NCBI GenBank assembly: GCA_012026655.1
Contig: JAAILG010000876.1
Coordinates: 1-64,000, forward strand
Length of the DNA stretch: 64,000 nt
Direction: 5' to 3'
Source: Hydrolagus affinis
Lineage: Eukaryota
Shown here: one piece after another, positions 22,775 through 36,680 of the stretch
Layout: each line of letters opens with the position of its first letter
Position numbering within the stretch: the first letter of the stretch is position 1
Made by a program: the position numbers and the translations under genes
Notes under the pieces: model-generated
What the model saw: only the letters and a program-made list of their open reading frames with translations
Database searches by the model: none
Told to the model about the DNA's origin: nothing

Positions 22775-23081
22775 TCAATGAAACTTTATAAAAAAAAAGG
22801 TTTGAAATTCAGTCATGATTGATGTACATTTGTGACGAGTTGTTAAGGTATGTTGGAACAGAGCAAAAGGGATCTCTTAGCTGGGACTGAGAGAACAGAG
22901 TTAGTTACCTCTTAGAGAGCAGTGTGGTGCAAAAGTGCTTGTTTGATCCTCCGAAGCCCTCACCATTGGAAGGGATGGAACGAGTTGCCTCTCAGCGTAT
23001 GTCTCATCAGTTATAATATGACGCATACTAGTAGAGGGAGGGAGAAAGGTTCCCCTAGACTGCCTATGAGTTTGTTATGGG

Positions 23082-23117
23082 TAACCCTGTGATGGATTGA
23101 AAACCATCACAGGGTTA
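23082..23117. repeat. 14-bp perfect hairpin with 8-nt loop
   Basis: taaccctgtgatgg-attgaaaa-ccatcacagggtta. Confidence 0.88.
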
Positions 23118-24921
23118 AAACCACATTGAAAGTTTGGGGCAAAATCAAACCAAAATAAACCCAAGAAATGTCGCACTGAAATTTGACGGAATGCTAGTAA
23201 AGTTTTTCAAAGCAAAGCTAAAGTTGTCACCTGAATCGAGTCTCGTAGGAGAAAGAAAAGCTCTGATACATTCTGATCCCCAAAACAACCAAACAAAAGC
23301 TCAAGCACATTCATTAAACCTAGCCTGCAAAACCTCCACATTTACTTTTCTCTCTCCTCTCCCCCACCCCAAGTACTGTACTTGCATTTTTACAGCATCA
23401 TACCATGTTGAAACATCTCAATGTGCTTCACAGATAATTGCTATAAAGTGTTTTTGTAAGTAACGCAGCAGCCAATCGTGTCAACTGTCCCAACATTGAA
23501 GCATTTTCACACTTCGCTAAATACCCGCACCCATTATCTCCAGGACTGCTCCTAGGCTGATACTTATGTTTCTTGAAGGACTTGGTTGTTTAGGATAGAT
23601 AGAAGATGAAGAATAAATCAGATTATGTCCTCACCAAAACCCCAGGTGTCCAAGTGAACTGCATTGACATGGATTGACTTTCTTGTTCCTGTACTCTTCT
23701 TCGATATTCAACCAAACCGGTGATGAGAGATTGCAGCTGGATTTTGTTGAGGGGAAAACCAGATTTGATTTGGGGATTAAATTGTATCGAAACTAGGGGG
23801 ATGTTCAGAAACGTAACAGTGAAAGAAGAGATCAAATCAAAATTAAACTAAAATGGTTTCCCTTGTGCTGTTTAAGGTTTTCTTTTGAGTTCAGACAAGT
23901 TCACTTAAGTGCTGCTGTTAATTGTAAATTGATACCCATTCTTGAGTGTCTGAGCAAGCATTTGTCTCTCCTTATTATGGAGCACCTGTTGGAAAAGTAT
24001 AATGAAGGGATGTTTCACTTAAGTGTGTGGTTTTTATACCTTGTACACACAGCACACACTCCACCAGCACCTATAATCACCACTCTCACTGCGACCAATG
24101 CAAACATGTTCCAGTATTTTGTTATTTGCACAACTTTCAACATAGTCTGTGTCCAACATGTGGATTTTACGATTGTCTGATGGGTTTCATTTAAAGAAAC
24201 AATTGAATCATTTGAGCCCAATTTTTCTTCTGCCTACCCCTGCCCCACCCTGAGGAACCAACCTTGGCTGGGGTACATTTCCATGGATGCTTTTCAACAC
24301 CTGAACTCAAGTGATTGTTCCCCATGTGTGAATGCACACAGTGTGCATTGACAGTGTCGAGCATCAAGAGATGTATCAGAGTGGGACAGGTAGATAAGAT
24401 TCCTAATGGGATTGAGAGCGACCAAGAATAATACGCTCAGATGCATCAAGGCAGCAGATCGAAAGAGCAAAAGTTCAGGATTGCAAAGGACAATTTCAAT
24501 ATAGACACCATGAAGTGTTTCCTTCCTTTTCTTCCCCTATTGGAGGGAAACTGTCCTCACCCCCCCTCCCACCCCTCACCTTCCCCTTTAGCCGTGCATT
24601 CCCTGGTCCCACCTGTTATTCAGAGTTCTAATCTGCTATTTTTTGTATTAGCAGTGGGCAGGAATGTACGAACAACATGGTGACCTTGGATTTCTCAGTT
24701 TTATTCCCGATCAAAGCTGACAGCACCTCAAAACATATTACTCAAGGACACACTTTTGCTTTATTATGAATGAGATGAGATATCACCATAATGACAACAA
24801 GTATGGGGAGAAGATGTGGGAGTCTTATGGTTCCTGGGGGAAGAATGATTTGGAGGAAGAGATTGTGTAAGATTTGTAAGATTTCATTACAAGGGAGAGG
24901 AAGAGTATATAGGATTGTGTA

Positions 24922-25104
24922 GTAATCCCTTAATAATAAAAATATCCGTCACTCAATGCATGGCTGTTTGTGGGACACTGCTGTGTGCTACATCCACAAA
25001 ATGTACAGTCAATTCACTTTACAGTATATTCTGTGAAGTGCTTTGAGACGTCTCAACCACATGATAAGGCAGTTTATCAAATGCCAGGATGAGTATTATT
25101 ATTA
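24922..25104 (+). mobile_element. tRNA-derived SINE (young family), 3' half
   Basis: tgtttgtgggacactgctgtgtg..cagtcaattcactttacagtatattctgtgaagtgctttgagacgtc..atcaaatgccaggatgagtattattatt. Confidence 0.85.
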
Positions 25105-28100
25105 TAACATGAAGAAACAAGAGAGAGAAATGTGATGAGATATACGAGTTGAGAGAGGCCAGGAAAATTGGTCATTGGATTCTATCCAGGGATGTGAAAT
25201 GGGTGCAAGAGGAGCTACTAGAGCGTACTTCAGGTCTTGGGATGGATTTGGCTTCAACATTGTACATTTTTGTTTGTAGTTTGAGGCCAAGCCCAATAGA
25301 AAATGTTCCACAGGGATGAAGTATGTTCAATTGGAGCATCCCTTATGCCTCTAGCAGTGTGCACTTTCTTCTTAGAATGGCATTTCTTTTTCTCTGGAAA
25401 ATCTGGAGAGGGGGAGAAGGGAATGCCTGGTCTTGGCTGCTGAGTTTCTTAGCAGTAAAACGAATTGCTTAAGTTTGCACTAATGCTGAAACTGCCCTTT
25501 GTTTTGGAACAGAGATCTCTAGTGGCATATGCTTGCGTGCAAAAGAAACTGTGTGGAAGCCAAGTCGAGAGCCAAGGAGGCACAAAGACCTTATAAAATG
25601 TATTTGACAAAACCGGTATGAATTCTCGTTTCAGAAAGTAATGGCTTTCACAGGAAGGTTGTAAAATCTTCAAATAAAATGTGCTTTAATAGCAGACAGT
25701 TTTAAGAGGGGCCCTTTGCTTCTCACTGTGCAAAGGCTGCTGTGGAGGGTTTTGGTGGGCCAAGGAAATGTGCAGTTTAGCAGATGATCATCATGTTATA
25801 AGACTTGATGGCGCTTGTTAAAGGGAAACCAATGACTGCCGTAAATGATGATTAGGAACAGTGCTTAGTTTCACTTGATCAGCCGAGGGTTTTTGCATGC
25901 ATCATGCGTTAGAGAATTTTTTTCTTTGGACAAGAACAATTCTCTTGTTTTACTGGTGTATGATTCCAAGGGGCACTACTCCCCTCTGGTATCTCACCCT
26001 TGTAGTGATGGTGGTTTACCTGTGTGCCTAAGCATTGAGTGTGAATAGTTTTTTGACTCTGATTGGGGGTGGGAGAGAGAAACAAGACCAATCTTACCAT
26101 CACCCAACATTGCCACATTCCAGAAGTGAGATTGTCAGTTAGGGGGCAGCATTAGTTGTGCTGCTTGTCCACATTCCTCTGGCCTTTAGGTAAGGAATTG
26201 CTTCAGTCTGGTTAAAGCCATGTTGGAAGAGGGGTTCCAAAAGATTGTCCCGCTCCTTTCATTCACTGGAACTTTTCCTTCAGGGAAGTTAAAGACTGAC
26301 ACAGAAATAGTGGGAGGCGGTAGTCCTTGGATGTCCCATGCTTGTCACTCCATCAGTTTGCTCTGTCTCACTGAGGGTTTGTATTCAGTATTTAGGGCAC
26401 ATTGGAAAGATCTTCTCCATTTCCTTATGGGCTTTTCTTTCTCACAAGTTTTAAGTTTTCCAGCATCTCCAACATAAACACTGTGTGGCAGTGCCTACAT
26501 GTTTGCTCTTGATCTGCAGGCTCTCTACTTGAAAGGAAGTCCCTTTCTCCTCACTATGGTCTATCTTCTCACTGTTGACATGTCTGAGCACAAAATAAGA
26601 TTTGTGTTTGCCATTTTATCCCATGCTTAAAAAAACAATGGGTTGTTACAAAGAATTGTACCTGACTTACAGCCTTACTTTGTGTTGGAGTTTACATGTA
26701 TGACTTTTCTGTTGCATGTCAGGATGACCCAGCGAATACGTGTAGGTTTATCTGGTTGATGGGCCTGCCTGGGAATGGAGAGTGGAGTGAGATGTTCCCT
26801 CATAGAGCAGATCAACGAAAATGATGCATTTTCCAACAGCTCCTTTAAGAATAGCAGTTGGAGGTTGTCTGCGCTCTGAGATGCCATCTGGCGTGGAGGG
26901 CGCTATATAAATCCAAGTTGTTGTTGTTGCTGCATGTCTGCTCAGTGTGTGCTCAGAATGTACCTCTTTTGAGGGAGAGAGGTACAGTAAGAACTTTTGT
27001 ATTTGATGTACGGTCTAATATTTAAAATAATTTCATATGAAATTGATGGCAAGTATAGGGTTTGTAGAAAACGTGGTAGAAAATTTCCACACATCAGGCC
27101 ACGAATAAGCATATAAATACGACTGAGAGCGTCTGTTGAAGATGAAATGTGGTCTATGAGGATGGTGAGCTCTGGGAGAAGAAAGGCTCCTTCCTCACCC
27201 AGAATCTGTTTCTAGAACCGTCCATTCCTGTAGCCAGCCACCTTAGATTCCACCCAGTGTCCCGGCTGTGCCTCTGAGCTTCAAATACAACCAGCAGAAA
27301 CCAATTAGTTCCATTTGATAAGGACTTTGTCCCTGCCTTCTGTGCTGCCCAGGCAAGTGCAGTGCATTTTGACTCCTCCCTGTCTTTTGTCTCTCCCACA
27401 GAAATCTGGGTCTGATTAAGTTTTGAACGAGGACCCAACACCTTGTGTTGAAATACTCCCCGTCTGTCCGTGTTCTTTTGACCCAAACTGCACATGCCCA
27501 GTAGGTCAGGGATGATGATGATGTGGTTTTTTTTCATTGAGTGACGAAACCAACATCTGTTCAACAGATTACGGCAATAGATTGAGTTTCAGTGCGGCTC
27601 GTCTGGTTGCCTTTAGGTCATGCAGAGCCTAAGCAGGAATGACTGGCAAATTATACAACTTTGTGCTCTCAGTAAACCTACACCAAATTTGAGGAGTATT
27701 TGTGTGTTCAGAGCGAGTTTGGCTTGTGATAGTGTTGTCTATTGCCTCCAATTTCCATCAGTTCTCCAAATTCGTGCTCCCAGGCGATGGGAATTCCTCT
27801 CCATCAGGCAGGCCAAGGGCATCACTTTTCCCTTCGGGTCCTAGATGTGTTTTCCCAGCACTTTGGGAGGTACCACAAATCCCCACTCAGTTCCAGATGG
27901 GACGTATATTTGGAGACACCAAGGGGGTTCCCAAATACACTGCTTCAACCCAGTGCAGAACAGATGTGCAGCACAACAGATGAATGTTCTGAACCCACTG
28001 CTAACCTATCCACCATAACTGTTTGATATTGGTACACCCCTGATTTAAAACCTTTCCTTTGGCTGCTGTTGCAAACCATTGCCTGATTTCACTGGGGCAG

Positions 28101-29944
28101 CAACTCCGACCACCACAAGTTTGTATTCATCACCCAAAGGGGAAACTTGCACCGTCTACATTTAATTTGTTAATACTCCAACAATATGAAATTATTTTAC
28201 CCTTATTTTTCTGAAACATTGATACAATGGGGTGGGAAAGATGGGAGGAAGAGAGAAAATAAAATGTGATTTCAGGAATGAGGAGATTTTCCTCCTTGAA
28301 TTTCCAAACTTTTTACACAACGCTGTTGGGTGAGAGAGGTTTCCCTACATGCAAGCATACACACACATACAGTGGGAGGTCAAAGAAGATGCACAATCCA
28401 ACATACTATCAACAGTTTAGCAAAGAGACTGCATCTCTGATACCGTATTGCTCTGGTTTAGAGCCAGTGAAAGTGTAAGTGTTATCCCTTAGGATAGCCT
28501 GCAGGAAATGACCCTATGTCTGCCCAGAGTATGCACATTTGATTTGCATTTTGTCAGGCTGGAGAGCTTCTAGTATACTATTGTATTAACCCTTGGAAAG
28601 TTGTAGTAGAGCGTGGAGGATTGTATGAAGTTTGGGAGGAACAATGGCATATGTGTTTTTGAACAATATGGAGAAACACGAGAAAGCTGTGGAGAGAAAA
28701 GTACAGTAAAACTCACATAAGTCTGTTCTGCATATATCACATAATTGACTAAGTCATACATCTGCCCAAGTCGCGTTCAAAGTCGTATTGAATTTAGTTG
28801 TGTTAACAACCGCTTAACTTATCATGCTGCTACCATACGTGACGCTACTGCATTTACCAGCTGCCAGGTCAAAACTTAATGTGCTGCACCTGCCTCAAAT
28901 GCAATACACCCCACATGCGCACCCCAGCAGTGTCAGGGTGGGAGGAGGGAGATGGCCGAGAGAGGAGAAAGAGAAAAAAACCTTGGGCCATTGCAACTGA
29001 CTCATGCCATTTACTGTACAATCTTCTGTTAACAAACATAACAAAATGTGTCTTCAGTTTTCTCATTCCACCCCACGCTCTATGCATCCCAAGTCAAGTA
29101 TTGAGTTCATATGCTGTGCCCGCAATGGGCATGTCACCTGCTGAAACTCGGCCTGAGATCAGACACAAAGATTGATTACTTGGCCTTCTGCCCCAGGTAG
29201 CTGATGCCCATGGAATGATATGTTATCCATGAATCAGCACATCGAGGAGCGAAAGGGAGGTAAATTCAGGGAGAAGAAAGAAAGAGTATGAGAGCAATGG
29301 AGATGTTTTCAAGTCAGCTGAGGCAACTCCTTGCTTCAGATAATTATGTAACTGATTGAAATACGCATAGACATGGCTGACTGAACTCTACCACGTCAAG
29401 TTATTCCACCCATGGGGTCAAGGGTGATTAGAGGAAACCGCATCAGCTTTCACCACAGGAGACAAACTGATATCATAAAAGAATCTTATTTAAAAATCGC
29501 TTTTCTCAAAATATAGAACAATATCCAAAAATAATAGTCACTATGTTAAGTTAAACATACAGCATAAACATTGATTATAATGTGGAGAAAGGTTTAACTG
29601 AAACGAGGCACAAGATAAAAGCTGATTATTTTTTTAACCAGAGTCCAAAGACAAAAGAATTTAAATTATTTATCTAGATCCAACAAGCTCTTGAAACTGG
29701 AGTTTGTTTTTATATCACGGATTTAGAGAGAGGGAGAAGGAGAATGGGGACAGAGGAGGGAAGGGAGGGTTAAGAAGGTATAACCACAGGACCTGATCCA
29801 ATCTTTGCTTGACCTCTATACATGGCCTAATGAATGGCGTTACCAGTTAAACTATCAAGCAGAACTTCTTTCCGTATGTTCTTAATAAAGAATTGGAAAT
29901 GTTTGGACAGTGTTGGGGTGGTGTGAGAGAGAGAGGGTAATATC

Positions 29945-30160
29945 TAACTGCGTTTGTTTCATCTGACCGATTGGGAGGATTTTTCCCCTTTCCAACCAAA
30001 GGGTGTTGAGGTCAATTGTAGTACCCCACTCCACACCCTTCTCAACACCTCCCTCCCACTGAGATCAGCTAAATCAGCACAGAGCAGGGATCAAAGCTGG
30101 GAATTTGCCTGATCTGCATGGGTGTTCCTTACTGGGCAGTGCTTTAACCCGCTGAGCCGT
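29945..30160 (-). mobile_element. Old tRNA-derived SINE of a further family (related fragments near 10880-11050, 34500-34660, 38060-38300, 48030-48340, 59620-59880)
   Basis: Reverse complement starts ggctcagcgggttaaagcactgccc..gctttgatccctgctctgtgctgatttagctgatctcag. Motifs such as gaggtcaattgtag and cacacttttccagcag recur across the copies. Confidence 0.55.
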
Positions 30161-30617
30161 TGTTTTCAATTGTAAACACAATGTTCTTACTTTGGACACA
30201 TTCGTGGTAGGATTACTGTCACTTCATGTTAGCAATTACCTGCAGGTCAATGTTTATGTTTAAACTAAAGAGCAGCACCTGGAAGTGGAGTATTCAGGAA
30301 AACCTGTTGAGCAAACTGCTCCTTGCTATTGAGAATAATGTCAGGGAATCCTTATGCAGAACAATATTTAACGCTGGATCCCTTCTGCATCGATCTCTGT
30401 TTGCATCTTAGCCTAAAATTACATTTAAATTGTCACTCTGGTAGTGGGACTGTGATCAGCTATTTCGAGACTGGAAAGTGACCACAATGGTGCAATGTGA
30501 CACTAACCTGTTACTTTTGGTTGGTTCCACTCCAGAAATGTGGCTGTTGTAAAAGTCTCATGTGAAGTGAATTTGGATAGCCAACCTAGTTGCCTGTTGG
30601 TTCACAGCCTAAAGTGA

Positions 30618-30911
<294 letters not shown>

Positions 30912-30917
30912 TGATGG

Positions 30918-31030
30918 ATTTCACCCACAAAATATACAGTGAATTCACTTTACAATATATTCTGTGATGTGCTTTGAGATGCCTCGGAGACGGGATAAGG
31001 CGCTATATCAAATGGAAGGCTTATTATTTG
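30918..31030 (+). mobile_element. SINE 3' tail fragment immediately downstream of the LE2 exon donor
   Basis: tttcacccacaaaatatacagtgaattcactttacaatatattctgtgatgtgctttgagatg..gcgctatatcaaatggaaggcttattatt. Confidence 0.85.
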
Positions 31031-32739
31031 TATGTATTAAATTTTCTTATTATCTCTACATCACGTACTCAGTATAATATCCACCTCACCTTAGCCCATA
31101 AAACCATTGTATCTTGAACTTTTAAGACGGCAAGAAATTTTGTGGAAAATTTTATATTCAATCTTAATTTAAAAAAAACTGTTTTCCAAGCAGGAATTTA
31201 AGGAATTTTCTCATTATTCTGTGCCATCTTAAATGTTAAGACTGGGTGACAGGTCAGGGCTTTTTTTGGTCCGCTGAATGTTTGACACGTGGAAATCCAT
31301 CACAAAGTTTAGGAATATTCAAACCAAACAATTGAGAGGTTCCATATATTGGATAGTTTCCGGCCAGAACACTCGGAGAAACTCGCTGCACTTCTCAAAG
31401 TTTTAATTTTGAAAACTGTTGAATTTGGAAAATAATTTAATTAATTCTTGGTTTTCTTAACCTTGGGATGCAGAAAATCGGTTTCCAAATTAAGAATGTA
31501 TTTGAAAAACAAACATTCTGCACAATCCTAAATGTTAAGAGGATGCTCTCAAAGCTATAACCATGAGAAAATGTTGAGGTCTTTGACTTTCTGTGTCTCA
31601 TTTAAACATTTCAGAATTTTCCAGAATGTCCCAGTCTAAAACCAGGTGGTAGTTCTAGAATCTGGTGCAGATGTCGAGCTGTTGATAAAGGAGATTATCT
31701 ATTTGTATCTGACAGATTTCAAATAGTGAAGGGGAATTATCTTGGAACGCTGATCGGAAAGTAGAGCTGGCTCTCGTCACTTTTCTTGATGAATGGATGC
31801 ATCAGAAGCAACGCATTAGAGGTGAACCAAGGCAGCAAGCATTTTAAATTGAGTTAGCTGGATAAACAAAGAGCGAGGCGGACTTGCACGCTCAGCTGCT
31901 GGGAGAATCTGCCGGGCTTCCTTTGTTGCTATTGACCTTTGCTCTTTTGAGCAGACTGATCTGTGATTGGCAGACAAAGGGTGTGAGAAACCAGGCCCGT
32001 ATTTGTTTTTTCTTTCCTATTTGCCAAAGTCCTTTATCAGCCACGTTCACTCCACAGTCCCTGTCAACGCACAGTGATCTGAATAGTCCTGTTTCAATAA
32101 TGGGTAAAGCAGACCTTTTACTCCTCGTTTGATGTCTCTCTAATGTTGTTTTTCAATAGTGAATATACAAGGTTTAGATTTCCTCCTCCCCTTGACCTCT
32201 TACCCCTAATGTAGTGAGATCCCACATTGCCCACAGGTGTTGCTTAGGTTTTGTGACTTTCTGGGTCTCCTATGTAGCCAAACTGAAAAGCGAAAGGAAA
32301 TTTTCTAAATGGTAGATTTACTTTAGTTCTTTCTTTCAATATCTCCTCCCGCCTCGCTATCCCTGGCTTGCGAGCTCCTCACAATGATGTGGTTGAACAG
32401 CACTAGTGTCAGAGTACCGTTGCTGTTATAAGCAATACTAAGTCTCCAGAATGTGGTAGCCTATTCCCACCACATTGCGCCAAACCTGAGTCCTGAGGTA
32501 GCAGTTTGGCAATCTATGATATTGGTTAATAATGAGATACTATCCACACTCTGGATTTCTATGGGATCGTACCTCAACGAAGAGTTTGCATGTTCCACCG
32601 AGGATAAAAATTGGCAATAAAAGGGTTTGATTTTGAGCAGCACAGGCCTGCTATTCTGCTAAAGGTAGCCTTTTATGATACCGATGGGACTTATACTGCT
32701 TCTGCATATGTCAATGTGCTTCATTGGATTTACTGTAAA

Positions 32740-33085
32740 GTACAGTGACTGTAGCTGCACACGGCAGCCAATTTGCCCACAGAAATGTCCCACACACAGC
32801 CATGAAATGAATGACTTATATTATTTGGTGGTTTGTTAGCCAGGAAAACTCCCTTCACTTTACAAATAGTGCTATGGGGATTTTTAACATCTAACTGAAC
32901 AGACAGATGGGACTTCAGTTTAACATCTCATTTGAAAGAAGGAAGCTCAATCAATGCAGCTCTCCCCCAGTACTGAATTGAAGTGTCAGTACAGCCTATA
33001 CATGTTCAAAGTCCCAATGTGGGGCTTGATCTCACAAAAGTCTTACTCGGTGGTGAGAGTGCTACCAACTGAGCCAAGCTGAACA
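32740..33085 (-). mobile_element. DeuSINE / SacSINE1-like SINE
   Basis: ggcagccaattt..aaatagtgctatggggatttttaacatc..cagtttaacatctcat..gagagtgctaccaactgagccaag. Confidence 0.72.
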
Positions 33086-36000
33086 CGATATTAATCTGAA
33101 GAAGGCCTCCTGATGTCTTTTTTCCCCCCTCGCTTGGGCACTAATATCAATGACTGCTGGCCCATTGATCCAAGAATTCAATCTAAAATTGAACTGAAGA
33201 CCTCCCTAGTCCTTACAGTTCCATTAGGAAACCTGGAACTAAATTAGGAAATTCACCTGGAGCTCATTCCCGATCCGTTGCAGTGCGACAGATCCTGGAA
33301 GCTGTCCCAGTTTATGGATGGTTGAGCTCAGCTTGCGGCTCCACACGCTAATGGAATCTGAAGGGCTGATCTCACTCTGAGTCCTTGCCTTGCTGCAGCC
33401 TTGACCTCCCTTGTGACTGTACAATATAGTACTGTGCACTGAGTATTATACTATGAGCAGCCCGGACTCCTCATTCAGTCCGACAACCTGTTCTCAGACC
33501 GCAGTCTTGTTTGTATAATTACATAAATCTCCCTGCAGATTGCCTTAGGTGGCTTAATAAAATATGCTTCATATATAAGGGAAGGTCAGCTTAGAAACAA
33601 AATTAGCTTTTCTATTTTTGAAATATGTGCAAATGACTATGAATCTTTGTATATAAACTGCTGTGCCTGTAACCATCAGTTTACTGGCTCAATGTGGAAC
33701 CAGACACCTGGAGCCAAGGATTGTCCAACTCCACCTGAGGTTTGCTCAATGATCATGTGCGGTTGGGTCTCGTAATGGACCATTTATTGCTGATGACTTT
33801 CTCCCGCCTTGTTTTATGATCCATAATAACAGGTTAATAATATGTACCTGGCGTTCTCGCTTTATTGAAAAGTATAGAACACACAGTATGTACTGTGTGA
33901 TATCTCTCTGCTGCCCAGATGACGTGTTCTTTTAGAAACTGACATTTTCAACACAGGAAGCCAATTGGCCCATTAGCTGTACGCTACTGCTGTCCTTTTT
34001 ACTAAGTTGTCCTCTCATGCTTCCCAACTTGTTCCCTTTATCCCTCAAAGATTCTGATTGTCAGGTGCTTTCTCTCTGGTATCTTTGCTTGTGTCTTTCT
34101 CTCTCCCTCCCATCCCCACCACCGTGGCCACATCATAGCAGGGCAAAAGCAGCCAAGAGGTGAGGTGGTCAGCATCGTAAGAGAAGTTTGAATGGGGAAG
34201 GCCCTTTGACCTATTTGATTCATCTTTCCAGAATACCCACTCACCACAACATCAAATAATTCTTCACAACCTGGGAGGTTGAGCTGAGTGGGGGAAGAGA
34301 ACCGAGATAGCCAAAAAAAACTTTGAAAAGGTGTTTTAAGGTGGATTTTGAGCAAGAAAGAGAGCAAACCTGCAGGGTTCTGTGATAGAGGTCCAATGGC
34401 TTGAAGCTCCTCACCAATGACGGGGTGGATTGGGTGGAACACAAGCTTGTTTACTGTTTGTGAAGCGAAGAGAGTGATAATATACAGATCTTCTCATATG
34501 CACACTTTCCAGCAGAGAGAGGTCCCTCTTCACTAGGGGTCCTATGGATCACAATACAGTCTCTGTGCTCAGTGACTCATTGAACAGGTGGTTGTCTGTA
34601 CACTATCAGAGGCAATGTCTAATTGAAGAGGCCACACACAGACCTGATATCTTCAAAGTGTCCAAATTTACAATTCTTTGATTTTTCCATCTCCTTTCCT
34701 CTTAGGACAGCAATTCCTTGGTTTTCCCCACAGAATTTTTTGTTGGTATATTAGGCCTCCCTCAAGCAGTTTATTTTACTGGTTGCATTTGTTTGGGGCA
34801 AATATTTAAATCATATTGGTGCATAAAATAGATTGAGCTACATTACTACAGGTTAGCATTCATCCAAAGGGCAATAACTCTGTTGTATGCACTGCACCAG
34901 AGTATCAGCCTGTCAATATGTATAAGCTTAAGTCCTGCAGTGGGAATCCAAGGGCAAGAGGCAAGATGACACACATCCCACATCAAGGCAGCGGGAGAGG
35001 TCATCGGTTGCCTGACACTAAAGCATTTCTTCTTACCAAAGGTTATGGCACTGGATTCTTAAACAACTTAATGCTGGAAAGGGGGGCCACAGTAAGGTGG
35101 GTATTCTAGAAGAATAAAATCGGAGGAGTTGAAGGGTTTACTTCCTCTAAACTGCTTGTGACCTAGTGACACAATGCACTCGCTCACACCTTTACTCAGA
35201 CACTTGCTGAAGCATCTAATCTCATTGGTCACTTGGCCTGTCAGTCACGTATTTACCAATAATTTGAAGCTTCAGTTTTCACCTTGATGTCAAGCACTTC
35301 CATCACATGAATGCACCTCCTTCCTTGTATGTGAACAAATCATACAGCTAATGTATTTTCACTTGAGTAAAGGGGGAGGAGGATTTTTGTCTATTTTAAG
35401 ACCCATATCTTTATGATCCTCACAACCCTGTAGCATGAGCAGAATATTTGTGATAAAAGGCTTTATGAAAGAAGCAAAAGAAAAGGGTAGCTCTCAGAGA
35501 ATGTTATGCATGTTTCTGTTTGTTTTAATATCTGAAATCCAGCCTGGGTGGGCAAACAAAGAAAAAAAAAGGAGGGATACTGTCGCCTCAAAGCTCTGTT
35601 TATTTGTAAGGCTGATTAAAGTGAAGAAGCTGTCATCTGAGATGAGAAGTTGTAACTGGAGAAGCGGAAGCGTTCTCAGCTGGGATCCTCTGCCCAACAA
35701 ACTGGAATTGCTTCCATCTTGACGCAATTTCTCAATAACTATTACGAGACTTAATCTGTGTTCCTTTTTGTTTCCCAGCCTTTCTCCCCCACCGCCCCCC
35801 CCCCCCACCACCACCACTAGCCTCATTTCTATATTTTCTTACAATTTGAAGTTCAGTAGTGTAATAGAAACCGAGACAGAGAAACTGAGCAAAGCAAAGA
35901 AAAAAAATCTAGTTTTGGCCAGCCCGGGTGTCTTTGGATTTTGGCCCAAATTTCAAAATCCAAGAAAAATTGCACTGGGACCTTGTGAATCTGCAACACG

Positions 36001-36429
36001 ATCCACATGGACAGATCCAGCAATTTGACTTTACAACTGACTTTCCAAAAGATCCTATTTACAGGATGACCTGGAGACATTTGCTTGAAAAATCAGGTTT
36101 CGGGAATTGCTTTCATCCGTTGCATAAGAGCTTGTCCATCACAAGTTGTTTTTATTCCTTGCATATTGCATTTTAGTTATTTCCTGCAGTGTTCAGCTCG
36201 AGATTTTTCTTTCCTACTTTCTGTCACCTGATCTTGCACTTTAGACCTTCAGTATTCACCCAAGTGTCTCGACATATCTGCAAAAGATATGTCCAGCGGT
36301 GATTAGCTGGACTTCTGCCAAGCAATTTTGAAATTAGGCCAGTTGTCCAAATGTTTGAGTTAAATACAACAACAACGTGCATTTTATAGAGCCCCTCATG
36401 CAAGGTAGTGTCCCGGAGTGCTTGATAGC

Positions 36430-36680
36430 GATTATTAATAATTACTAGAGATTATTAATACTTACTGAATAATTATTAGATTTTAGTATTCATTATTAGA
36501 TTTGTTACCATTGATTGCTAACAATTATTTCATATAGTAGTATTTATTATTTCATTTAAGTTATTAATAATTATTACATGATGTAGAATAACCGGTTAAG
36601 AAACCGAGTAATATTGCTTTGTAATGCTATGATAATTAATTTAGTTAAGAATTTCTTAATTAAGAAAAACTATTAATTTC
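36430..36680. repeat. AT-rich low-complexity tract (attatt/taat-rich), preceded by an L2 tail fragment at about 36365-36425
   Basis: Repeated attattaata/attattaga units with very low GC. Confidence 0.7.
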
